DNA from: Candidatus Rifleibacteriota bacterium
GTDB taxonomy: Bacteria > Muiribacteriota > Ozemobacteria > Ozemobacterales > Ozemobacteraceae
Assembly: GCA_051747585.1 (NCBI GenBank)
Contig: JBNJGH010000072.1
Coordinates: 1-17,378, forward strand
DNA length: 17,378 nucleotides
Direction of reading: 5' to 3'
Made by a program: the position numbers and the translations under genes. Positions 1-8,107 of the stretch are shown here, piece by piece; position 1 is the stretch's first letter; each line of letters opens with the position of its first letter. Below the pieces are notes generated by a model. It ran no database searches and was not told the origin of the DNA. It was given only the letters and a program-made list of their open reading frames with translations.

Positions 1-74
1 TGTTTGCCTATATACTCGACAAATAACTCATCAGTAATCATCCATTTGTTTGTTGAAACCGTTTCAAGACATTT

Positions 75-99
75 AGATTGCTTCGCTTCGCTCGCAATG
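75..99 (-). repeat. REP-like palindromic element, larger part (interrupted by the IS110; remainder ATGACA at 1342-1347)
   Basis: 75-99 is agattgcttcgcttcgctcgcaatg. Joined to 1345-1347 (aca), the minus strand reads TGTCATTGCGAGCGAAGCGAAGCAATCT, with an attgc(77-81)/gcaat(94-98) stem. It resembles a widespread intergenic GTCATTGCGAG-type repeat I recall; only one copy is in the window. Confidence 0.75.
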
Positions 100-111
100 T
101 GCTGTATTAAA

Positions 112-117
112 AGTCAA
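112..117 (-). promoter_or_regulatory. Outward-facing -35 box (TTGACT) of the IS circle-junction promoter
   Basis: TTGACT on the minus strand overlaps the transposase stop codon and lies 17 bp from TATATT (1339-1334) once the ends are joined through one core. Confidence 0.8.
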
Positions 118-1115
118 GCAAAGTTTAATTTTTTTTGATAATCTGGATCAAATTTTTTGCCTGATTTTGCCAAAGCAAACGCCTGTCTCAAAAGCTTATT
201 TGAAACAGCTATTAAGGCAATTCTCCCGTTTTTTCCTTTCTCCACAAGTCTTTGATATAGTCTTTTGCAAGCTGGATTATAATTTGATGCTGACAAAGAT
301 GACATAAACAAGGCTTTTCTCGCTATTCTGTTGCCCTTTTTGGTTATCTTTGGTTTCTTTTTAACCGATGTGCCTGATATAAAGACGTCAGGGCAAAGAC
401 CAGCGTAACTGATTGCCTTTTTGGCGCTCTCAAATTTTGAAAAATCCTCATATACCGCGATTATAGTTGCCGCTAACATTTCGCCAACACCAGGAATTGT
501 AAGATATAGTTCGTAAAGCCTTTTTCTATTTGACTTTGCCACTTCACACAATAGCTTTTTAAGCTCCTTGATATCATTGTTTAATATTTTTATTTTATCC
601 CAGAGGCTGTTTGTTAAAGCGTCAAAATGAATACTTCCATTCTGCAATGCTTCTAATCTATTTGCCATTCTGGTAACATCTTTTTGATATCCGTGAATCA
701 AGTTAAGAATTGCCCGAAGTTCCATTTGATAGTCGGCCTTTGAATAACCAGGATCTGGGTCTCTTTCAAATCCATATCGAGCTAGAACCTTTGCATCAAA
801 AACATCCGTCTTGGCTTTTGTTTTTATCATTGCAGCAAAGGCCTTTATTACCAAAGGGTTTTCAACAACAGTTACAAAACTCTTTTTATTAAAAGCCTTT
901 GCAATTTTTGTGTGATAGATACCAGTGGATTCCATTACTACAAGACAATTCTCTGATTTTAAGTCGAAATGCTTTATAAGCTTATCAACAACCCTTTGAC
1001 TATTCTCTTCAAATCTTTTGCAATTGAATTTTTTACCGTCATAAAGACAGCAATCAATAAATTTTTTTGAAACATCAATCCCAAGGCAAACTCTTGCCTT
1101 CATAACATTTGTCAT
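114..1115 (-). CDS. IS110-family transposase / bridge recombinase (RuvC-like DEDD domain + Tnp domain)
   Basis: Motifs GIDVSK (D), VMESTG (E), KTDVFDA (D,D), LTIPGVG, SYAGLCP-x3-SGTS (putative catalytic Ser), ITKKGN-x3-RKALF, RLVEKGK and ALIAVSNKL. The true start may be ATG 1103, which has AAAGGA upstream at 1120-1115. Confidence 0.96.
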   Translation of the reverse strand: MTNVMKARVCLGIDVSKKFIDCCLYDGKKFNCKRFEENSQRVVDKLIKHFDLKSENCLVVMESTGIYHTKIAKAFNKKSFVTVVENPLVIKAFAAMIKTKAKTDVFDAKVLARYGFERDPDPGYSKADYQMELRAILNLIHGYQKDVTRMANRLEALQNGSIHFDALTNSLWDKIKILNNDIKELKKLLCEVAKSNRKRLYELYLTIPGVGEMLAATIIAVYEDFSKFESAKKAISYAGLCPDVFISGTSVKKKPKITKKGNRIARKALFMSSLSASNYNPACKRLYQRLVEKGKNGRIALIAVSNKLLRQAFALAKSGKKFDPDYQKKLNFA

Positions 1116-1137
1116 CCTTTCTAAATTTTTGTAGAAT

Positions 1138-1327
1138 GACCTTACCTTAAACTATCATCGTAACGATGCAGATATTAGTAGCAACCTAATGTGCTGTCCA
1201 GTTTTAGGGTAAGGGGAAGGTGTGCTAAACATTGCGAACGGTATCAGAGTACCAATGACAAGTAATTAGCTTAATCACCTTCCTTTTTCTTTCTCCTAAA
1301 GCTTATCGGAAAAAGAAAAAACTTACA
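1138..1327 (-). ncRNA. Bridge RNA (5' hairpin, target-binding loop, donor-binding loop); ends approximate
   Basis: Three consecutive stem-loops: 1284-1296/1308-1320; 1215-1222/1276-1283 with inner stems 1224-1228/1266-1270 and 1240-1243/1250-1253; and 1140-1151/1203-1214. Loop segments match the target (1253-1260, 1230-1237) and the donor (1189-1197, 1156-1162). Confidence 0.88.
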
Positions 1328-1333
1328 TAATCC

Positions 1334-1339
1334 AATATA
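1334..1339 (-). promoter_or_regulatory. -10 box (TATATT) of the circle-junction promoter
   Basis: TATATT lies 2 bp inside the left end, directly upstream of the predicted bridge RNA. Confidence 0.8.
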
Positions 1340-1392
1340 CGATGACAGTTTACAGGTTTTGTTTGTGGTTTTGCGGCTTAGGGTAGTAAGGA

Positions 1393-2655
1393 TTAATTAA
1401 TAATTTTAAGGGCGAAGTCGGCATAGGGGCTGGACGGAAAGGTTGTTCGCAGAATTTTAAGCACTCTTTGCGCTTCCTGCCGGTTTCCCATTTCGTTCAG
1501 AATTCTGATAATATAGTAGAGTGAGCCCTCTTTAACCGCTTTGTTGTTTGAGTTTTCAAAAGCCTTTTTAAAGCCGAAGTATGCCTTGGTACAAAGTCCT
1601 GTCGCATATTCTGAGTAAGCACTTAGAAATTGGTAGCGATCGAGGGGTACATTTTTCGGGTCCGGTTTGAATTGCTTCAAAATTTTCAATGCTCCCTGAG
1701 GGTTTCTTTCTTGAATATAGCATTCAGCAAGCAAATAGGACGCTTTTTGAAATTCACTGTCACTCAACCCTCCATAGAGAGCATCGGTTAATGCGATACG
1801 TGCCGACAAGTATTCGGCCTCATCAAAAAATTTCATACCCCGAGAAAGGTTTTCGCCGGCCTTCAAGGGTCTTGAATTATCTATGAGAGTTTTTTTTATA
1901 AAATCTGCAGAATATTGGTTCATCACCTCTTCGGTTAAGCCGTTAAAAGAAACCGCAAGCTCATTGCGCACATTTCCGCTTTCCATAAGTCTTTTAATAA
2001 ATCTTTTAAACGCATTGCTGCCGAAAGTTTTCAGCAAAAACCTTATTTTAAGATAATTTTCCACATATTTTTCCAGAGAAATCGGGTTGCCATCAGGGTT
2101 TTCGTCTTCGCCTCCGACATCCTGGAGATTGAAGCCCTTGCGCGTTAAAGCCTTAATGCGTGCCAGCCCCTGGTCGGCCGCGTGCACTGCAGTTCCTTCT
2201 TTAACCCACATGGGCAAAGCATCGTAAGCACGAAGTCCCATTATATCTGCCATTATTGCATGAACCATTTCATGGGTCATTTCTTCAATAAGAGTTGCCT
2301 GACCGTTTATCAGGAAATCAAGATCCAGATAGATATAATGAATAACCTTACGACCGGCGGTGTACACTGACTGTCTCTTGCCTCTCAGTCTTATACCGTT
2401 GTGGGTAAGATGATCAGAGAACAGAACTATGATATACATTTTTTCTCTTGGTTCTATTCCCAAAGTTCTGTTAATTTTTTTAAATGATTCCTGATAAACA
2501 AAAGGAAGATCTGCCAGAATTTTGCTAAAACCAGAAGAGTTCTTGAACTTTCCATTATAACTGGTATCGACATGCAAAACAGCAGAAGCAACTTGCGGGA
2601 CAACAATAATAAGCAAAACAATGAATACTTGAATTGAAACTCTTTTTTTACTCAT
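1393..2655 (-). CDS. Exported HEXXH zinc-metallopeptidase-like (peptidase MA/gluzincin-like) protein with C-terminal TPRs
   Basis: Signal peptide (MSKKR + hydrophobic stretch + ASA), THEMVH followed by PMWVKEGTA, TPR-like helices (ASYLLAECY, SLYYIIRIL) and a FPSSPYA end. Confidence 0.75.
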   Translation of the reverse strand: MSKKRVSIQVFIVLLIIVVPQVASAVLHVDTSYNGKFKNSSGFSKILADLPFVYQESFKKINRTLGIEPREKMYIIVLFSDHLTHNGIRLRGKRQSVYTAGRKVIHYIYLDLDFLINGQATLIEEMTHEMVHAIMADIMGLRAYDALPMWVKEGTAVHAADQGLARIKALTRKGFNLQDVGGEDENPDGNPISLEKYVENYLKIRFLLKTFGSNAFKRFIKRLMESGNVRNELAVSFNGLTEEVMNQYSADFIKKTLIDNSRPLKAGENLSRGMKFFDEAEYLSARIALTDALYGGLSDSEFQKASYLLAECYIQERNPQGALKILKQFKPDPKNVPLDRYQFLSAYSEYATGLCTKAYFGFKKAFENSNNKAVKEGSLYYIIRILNEMGNRQEAQRVLKILRTTFPSSPYADFALKIIN

Positions 2656-4096
2656 TTTTTTCCGCCTCTAACCCTTCTGATTTTTGTGAGTCGGCAACAA
2701 TCTTATCTTTTGCCGCTCTTATTTGAGAAGCAAGAAGATTATTGGTAACAACTTCAGGCCGGGCCAAAAGTTTGTCAAAAGTTTTTACCGGTTCAGACAA
2801 AAGATCATTTGCATGCAAAATCATTGCGTAATGAAAATCGACTTCAGCCGAAAGCTCTTTATTGTTTTCATATAATGAACCTATGATTTCAAGGGCTTGC
2901 GCATAGCTACCATTTTTATAATAAGCCCATGCCAGGGTATCCTGATTGAAAATAAATCCGGGCAGCAGTTCTACTGATTTTTTGGCCATTTCAAGAGCCT
3001 GAACCAGCTCTGTATCGGATTCAATAAAAGCATAAGCAAGATTATTTAAAACAACCGGATTTTCAGGTTCCAGTTCCAGTGCCTTTTTATAAGCCGGAAT
3101 AGCATTTTTAAAGTTCTGATAACTTAAATTCAATTCACCAAGGTGTTGCCATAAAAAGGCATCATTTTCCTGCAAAGATGCGGCCTCTGAAGCGCATCTT
3201 ACTGCCTGCTCACGATTATTGGCCAAATCATGGGCAATACTAGTTTTATAAAGATAAATTGGATTCTCGGGCTGAAGCTCACAGGCGCGTTGCAAATGTG
3301 CCAATGACTGCTGAGGCGTATGACTTGCAGGTGATGAATCGATCAATGCGCTGCCGAGAACATAATGCAGAGGCGCAAAATCTTCTTTTTTATCTAAAGC
3401 TTGACGGGCAATGCTGATCGCAGTATCGGTTCCACCTGCATCATAAGCTATTTGAGCTTTAACGTACTGTTTTGTTTCGTGGGGTTGAAAAGATAACAGC
3501 AGGAACGAAAGCAGAATTGTTGCCAGCGGCAATATAAATAGAATATTAGCAAACAAAAACCGTTTCCATTTCTTTATGTCATCGTTGCCAACCATTTTAA
3601 GCCTGGCTCTGGCCGCAACTCCCAGATATCCTGCAAACCAGACAGGCAAGAATACAATAGCAAGCAATGAAATGCGGGTTTTATTATAGCCTGAAGGGCC
3701 TACTCCCTGCGCTACCGGCCCAAATACTACAACCTCAATACAGCTGGTTAGAAAAATGGTGACCAAAAGTTGTACAATAGTAAAAACGCCGGCCTGCCAA
3801 TAACTTTCCGGACAGGCTGGAAGCCTGAAAACCCTTTTTAAAGCCCAGTAAAGACCTCCGGCAAACAAAAAGACAGTCGAGATAGTGCCGCCAATTGTTA
3901 AACCGCTTTCGATCGGACTCTTCAAACCAAGCTCAAAAGCAAAAGCCACAGCCGCAAGGATAAGAAAAAATGGAGTAAGAAAAAACAGGTAACGCTCGCG
4001 CCTGGTATTTTGTGCCAGATCAAGCCTGGCGCCACACATGACGCAGTAGCCAGTATGAATGGGACTGTTTTTACCGCACTCAGAACACTTTTTCAA
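2648..4096 (-). CDS. Zinc-ribbon / multi-pass membrane / TPR protein
   Basis: TTG start with GAGGT upstream; N-terminal CSEC-x10-CVMC; about five hydrophobic segments; TPRs (LWQHLGELNL, AYKKALELEPENPVVLNNLAY, DTLAWAYYKNG). Confidence 0.8.
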   Translation of the reverse strand: MKKCSECGKNSPIHTGYCVMCGARLDLAQNTRRERYLFFLTPFFLILAAVAFAFELGLKSPIESGLTIGGTISTVFLFAGGLYWALKRVFRLPACPESYWQAGVFTIVQLLVTIFLTSCIEVVVFGPVAQGVGPSGYNKTRISLLAIVFLPVWFAGYLGVAARARLKMVGNDDIKKWKRFLFANILFILPLATILLSFLLLSFQPHETKQYVKAQIAYDAGGTDTAISIARQALDKKEDFAPLHYVLGSALIDSSPASHTPQQSLAHLQRACELQPENPIYLYKTSIAHDLANNREQAVRCASEAASLQENDAFLWQHLGELNLSYQNFKNAIPAYKKALELEPENPVVLNNLAYAFIESDTELVQALEMAKKSVELLPGFIFNQDTLAWAYYKNGSYAQALEIIGSLYENNKELSAEVDFHYAMILHANDLLSEPVKTFDKLLARPEVVTNNLLASQIRAAKDKIVADSQKSEGLEAEKNE

Positions 4097-4098
4097 AT

Positions 4099-5121
4099 TT
4101 AACCAACCTCATGTAGTTCTCCGACAAAAGATTTCTGCATCATCGAATCAATCGTGGCAAGATCATCGGTTTGTCCCAGAACCCACATAAGTTTGACCAG
4201 AGTGGTTTCAGGGGTCATATCCATGGCAGGGATAGCACCGGCATCAAGTGCTGCCCTTCCGACTTGATAAAGTTCCATTTCAGTAGAGCCGACCATGCAT
4301 TGAGTACAAACAACGACCGGAACATTTCGCTGAGTCGCCTTTTGAATAAAGGGTATCAATGATTTTTTCTCGTTGGGCAGGTTGCCTGCGCCATAACCTT
4401 CAAGAATTACACCATCATGATTTTCGGCCAGAAAATCTAAAATTTCAGGATTCAAGCCCGGGTAGACCTGCATCATCGCAACCCTATCGTTCAAAAAGGC
4501 TCGAAGCAAAGGCTTCTTTCTGGTTCGCATTCGAGCAAACCTGCTGAATTTAATAGAAAGACCAATAGTACCAAGAGGAATTTCATTTGCAGAAGTAAAA
4601 GCCTGCATATCGAAAACCGAAGTTTTTTTTGCCCTCGAACCTCTGATGATTAAAGATCCAAAGACCACCGCCACCTCAGCCAGATCTGAAATAGCTACCC
4701 TGACAGCATTAATCAGATTAGCTCTGCCATCTGAACTCACTTCTTCAAGGGGGACCTGAGCCCCGGTAATAACTACCGGCTTGTTAAGCTCTTGAAGCAT
4801 GAAAGAAAGCGCGGCAGAAGTATAGCAAAGTGTATCTGTTCCGTGCGTAACAACGAAACCATCGTAATCTCGCATCTTCTGATATATTGCTCTTGCAAGG
4901 CTTACCCAGAGTTCAGGAGTGAGATTACTGGAATCTACGTTCGCCAGGGGAAAAATATCGATATCAGCAAGCATGTTCAGCTCCGGAATTCTATCTACAA
5001 GTTCACCTGCATCATCGCATGGTTGCAAACTTCCCGTCTCTCCACGAAGCATGGTAATGGTTCCTCCGGTCGTAACCATTAGAATTCTTGGCTTGTGCTG
5101 CATCGGGTGATGTAATCGCAT
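4099..5121 (-). CDS. ansA: Type I (cytoplasmic) L-asparaginase
   Basis: Motifs TGGTI, DSSN, VTHGTDT, KPVVITGAQ, LEGYGAGN and DMTPETTLVKLMW. Start moved from the track's 5172 to ATG 5121, which has GAGGT 8 nt upstream. Confidence 0.9.
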   Translation of the reverse strand: MRLHHPMQHKPRILMVTTGGTITMLRGETGSLQPCDDAGELVDRIPELNMLADIDIFPLANVDSSNLTPELWVSLARAIYQKMRDYDGFVVTHGTDTLCYTSAALSFMLQELNKPVVITGAQVPLEEVSSDGRANLINAVRVAISDLAEVAVVFGSLIIRGSRAKKTSVFDMQAFTSANEIPLGTIGLSIKFSRFARMRTRKKPLLRAFLNDRVAMMQVYPGLNPEILDFLAENHDGVILEGYGAGNLPNEKKSLIPFIQKATQRNVPVVVCTQCMVGSTEMELYQVGRAALDAGAIPAMDMTPETTLVKLMWVLGQTDDLATIDSMMQKSFVGELHEVG

Positions 5122-5168
5122 TTGATTAGACCTCAATATTCCTGTTCCAGATATCCAGCCGCTCATCA

Positions 5169-6551
5169 TCAAAACTGATACTCCAGGCCAAAATTAACAT
5201 CTTTCTGATCTGCAATATCATCGACTCGCAGCTCGAACCTGATATTCGGGTTAAGCAGGTAACCTGCCTTGAACCTTATTTCTGAGTCGGTGGTGTCGAT
5301 AAAATCAAGGCTCAAAGCAAGGTTTTCAGCCATTATATAATCTACACCCGCTCCAATTTTTGAACTTATAATGCCTGCCCGGCGAATGAAGTTAGTGTCA
5401 GCTCCCCTTGCAATCATCATGTTAAACAGATCTTCGCCGCCCACATCTTCTACACCAAGCCGGTAGAATGATTTTTCACCGGGATAAAGATCGACATAGA
5501 GATCTGAGTAGAAAGTTTCATTGTCTTCTCTGTATCTGAGAAGATATTTAAAATCAACTTTGGTCTGACGAATATTGAGGAAAACTTTATCGACTGCCTG
5601 AGCAAGCTTGTGAGCATCGTCAAGGCCTCGATTAACCTTCTTGCGAATCTGTTTATCGACAACAATTTCTTTTACTTCGCGAGTAATTTCGCGAGCATTT
5701 TCTGAAGCACCTCTGAGCGATTCAATTGTATCGCGTAAATCATCGGTCATTTTGTTATTTTTATTCAAATCTGCAATCATTGCATCCAGTTTTTCGGTAG
5801 TTTTTCTGACATTGGCCACAATGACTTTTACATCGTCGCGATTATCTTTGCTAATAGAATCAAGTCTGCTGCTGAACTGCTTGAAGTTGGCAATCATCAC
5901 CCTTATCTCATCACGATTGTGTGAGATTTCTTCGTCTACCTGGTTCAAAATGCTGGCAAGACTTTCAACAATTCTATCACTGCGCTTCTGAACCGAGGCG
6001 ATTATCGCCTCCATATGTTCTGAAGCATTACGAGCGTTTCTAAAAATCATTCGGGTATTTTCTTTGAGTTCAGGATCACCAATAACATCTTTTGCCGAAG
6101 CGGTAAGTTCCTGAAGCTTTTGAATTAAAACGTTGCCACGCTCAAACAACTCATCCATACGGGTCGGATCAGTACCGGCAACCACTTCGCCGTCATCGAC
6201 ATAGGGAGAAGTATAATCTCTGGTAGGCATGATCTCGACATACTTTTCTCCCATCAATCCCGATGTTGAAATGGTAAAGTTGCTTTTCTTACGAATATGA
6301 AGCTGCTGATCTTCGACATAGACGTAGACGTATACCTGATCATCTCGAATCTCGATTTTTTCGACTTTACCAATTTTAACCCCGGACATGGAAACAGAAG
6401 AACCCTTATTTAAGCCATTAACTGAATAAAAGCTGATAACAAAACGATATCCCTGCTCTGTAAGACTGAAGTCTCCAATTATAAAAACCATATAAGCCAT
6501 AAGAACAACTGCAAGTAATGTCATCAGACCAACTTTTAATGTCGAATTCAT
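5169..6551 (-). CDS. mlaD: Long MlaD/MCE-family protein (TM anchor, MCE domain, long helical region, C-terminal beta-rich domain)
   Basis: LKVGL + TM helix; MCE motifs GLNKGSSVSMSGVKIGKV and SGLMGEKYVEI; about 200 aa of heptad-like helix; ends FGLEYQF; directly follows mlaE and mlaF. Confidence 0.9.
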   Translation of the reverse strand: MNSTLKVGLMTLLAVVLMAYMVFIIGDFSLTEQGYRFVISFYSVNGLNKGSSVSMSGVKIGKVEKIEIRDDQVYVYVYVEDQQLHIRKKSNFTISTSGLMGEKYVEIMPTRDYTSPYVDDGEVVAGTDPTRMDELFERGNVLIQKLQELTASAKDVIGDPELKENTRMIFRNARNASEHMEAIIASVQKRSDRIVESLASILNQVDEEISHNRDEIRVMIANFKQFSSRLDSISKDNRDDVKVIVANVRKTTEKLDAMIADLNKNNKMTDDLRDTIESLRGASENAREITREVKEIVVDKQIRKKVNRGLDDAHKLAQAVDKVFLNIRQTKVDFKYLLRYREDNETFYSDLYVDLYPGEKSFYRLGVEDVGGEDLFNMMIARGADTNFIRRAGIISSKIGAGVDYIMAENLALSLDFIDTTDSEIRFKAGYLLNPNIRFELRVDDIADQKDVNFGLEYQF

Positions 6552-6569
6552 TTTATTCTCCTGTATCCT

Positions 6570-7316
6570 CTAAACCAGTGTCATGGGGCCGTGGGCTTCG
6601 CCTTTGATAAATTGCTGCACTACAGGACTGGGAGAGTTTATTATTTCTTCTCTAGTGCCAATTTGAACAATTTCTCCGCCATAATGCAAAGCCATTCGAT
6701 CACAGACCCGGTATGCTGATTTAAGATCATGTGTAACTACTATTGAAGTAACTCCCAGCCTTTCTTTAAGACTGAGATGTAATTCATCTATTGCTGAAGT
6801 CATAATAGGATCAAGGCCTGTGGTTGGCTCATCATAAAGAATGATTTCAGGCTCCATGGCTATTGCCCTGGCCAGGCCGACCCTTTTTCTCATACCACCG
6901 GAAAGCTCTGAGGGCATGAGATAGTTGGTTCCCGGCATACCCACCATTTCAAGTTTTTCAGAGACTATATGATGAACCGCTCTGGTACTGAGTTTAGTAT
7001 GTCTCTTCAAGCCAAAACCAACGTTATCTTCTACGTTCAAAGAGTCAAACAAAGCTGCCGATTGAAACAACATTCCCATGCGCATTCTCAAGGCATCAAG
7101 ACGCCGCTGTTCAAACATGGTTATATCTTCACCGTCGATCAGCACCTGCCCCTTATCAGGCTTCATCAAACCGATGATGTGCTTGAGCAGAACACTTTTT
7201 CCACAGCCTGAAGGGCCAAGAATGCCCAGAGATTCGCCATCGTAAATTTTGAGGTTTATTCCTTTTAAAACCTCTTTGGCCCCAAAACTCTTATAAAGGT
7301 TTGAAATTATAATCAT
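6570..7316 (-). CDS. mlaF: MlaF/Mkl-family ABC ATPase
   Basis: Walker A GPSGCGKS, FQSAALFDSL, ELSGGMRKRVGLARA, YDEPTTGLDP, VTHD; ATGA overlap with mlaE. Confidence 0.95.
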   Translation of the reverse strand: MIIISNLYKSFGAKEVLKGINLKIYDGESLGILGPSGCGKSVLLKHIIGLMKPDKGQVLIDGEDITMFEQRRLDALRMRMGMLFQSAALFDSLNVEDNVGFGLKRHTKLSTRAVHHIVSEKLEMVGMPGTNYLMPSELSGGMRKRVGLARAIAMEPEIILYDEPTTGLDPIMTSAIDELHLSLKERLGVTSIVVTHDLKSAYRVCDRMALHYGGEIVQIGTREEIINSPSPVVQQFIKGEAHGPMTLV

Positions 7317-8104
7317 TGTAAGTATGCGGTATTAAAATTATTTATTCCAACTGTTAAAAAATAATTAACTGCTAGAATCAACATGATAGAAACAACAACT
7401 GCACTGGTAGTGCTGGCACCAACTCCCTCAGCACCTCCCTCGGTGGTAAAACCTTTATAGCAACCAACAGTAGCTATAATCGCGCCGAAAACCGTAGCCT
7501 TAAAAAGGCCTCCAACCAGATCCTGAATTAAAAGCATTTGCAAAATAGACTCTTTAAAGGCAATTAGAGTCATACCTATCTGATGAATGGCAACAATTGA
7601 ACCGCCAATCATACCTATGACATTTGTAAAAACTGTAAGCATAAGCAGCATGATGGTACAGCCCCAGAATCTTGGGACCACCAGATAATCAACCGGGTTA
7701 GTTGCAAGTGTTTCAAGTGCGTCTATCTGTTCGGTTATTTTCATGGTTCCAATTTCAGCGGCAATGGCGCTACCTACTCTACCGGCGACAACAATAGAAG
7801 TCAAAATTGGAGCCAGCTCTCTTGCCATTGCAAGACTCACAACGCCGCCAACGTATCTCTCAGCACCCATCTGGGCAAACTGGTAACCGATCTGAACCAC
7901 AAGAACAGCACCGGTTGAAAACCCTGTAATTGCAACCATTGCCAGAGAATCAACTCCAATGCGAGACATCTGATCGAAAAGGTTTTTAGCCGAAAACCTG
8001 CCATTTTTTAATGCATTAAAAGTCCAATATACTGCTTGCATAAACAGTATGGTCATACCGCCTAAAGCTTCAATCAGACTTTTTATATATTTAGCAACAA
8101 ACAT
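7313..8104 (-). CDS. mlaE: MlaE-family ABC permease
   Basis: RELAPILTSIVVAGRVGSAIAAEIGTMKITEQIDALE, YLVVPR, GGAEGVGASTTSAVV. Confidence 0.96.
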   Translation of the reverse strand: MFVAKYIKSLIEALGGMTILFMQAVYWTFNALKNGRFSAKNLFDQMSRIGVDSLAMVAITGFSTGAVLVVQIGYQFAQMGAERYVGGVVSLAMARELAPILTSIVVAGRVGSAIAAEIGTMKITEQIDALETLATNPVDYLVVPRFWGCTIMLLMLTVFTNVIGMIGGSIVAIHQIGMTLIAFKESILQMLLIQDLVGGLFKATVFGAIIATVGCYKGFTTEGGAEGVGASTTSAVVVSIMLILAVNYFLTVGINNFNTAYLQ

Positions 8105-8107
8105 CAG

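Larger units (their letters stand above)
97..1344 (-). mobile_element. Complete IS110-family insertion sequence (long non-coding 5' end, short 3' end, ATG core on both sides)
   Basis: Contains an IS110 recombinase and has no terminal inverted repeats. ATG occurs at 97-99 and 1342-1344, and removing 100-1344 restores a continuous palindrome. Both junctions are matched by internal guide sequences at 1156-1260. Confidence 0.93.

Noticed and set aside
53..67. Palindrome ttgaaac-c-gtttcaa next to the REP-like element
   Set aside because: Single 7-bp AT-rich inverted repeat at the window edge. It could be an operator, but nothing supports that.
97..1344. ATG on both flanks read as a 3-bp target-site duplication of a DDE transposon, or the element as IS1111-type
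   Set aside because: The enzyme is DEDD-type and the ATG is contained in both target and donor guides, so it is a shared core. The long non-coding end is 5' and I see no sub-terminal inverted repeats.
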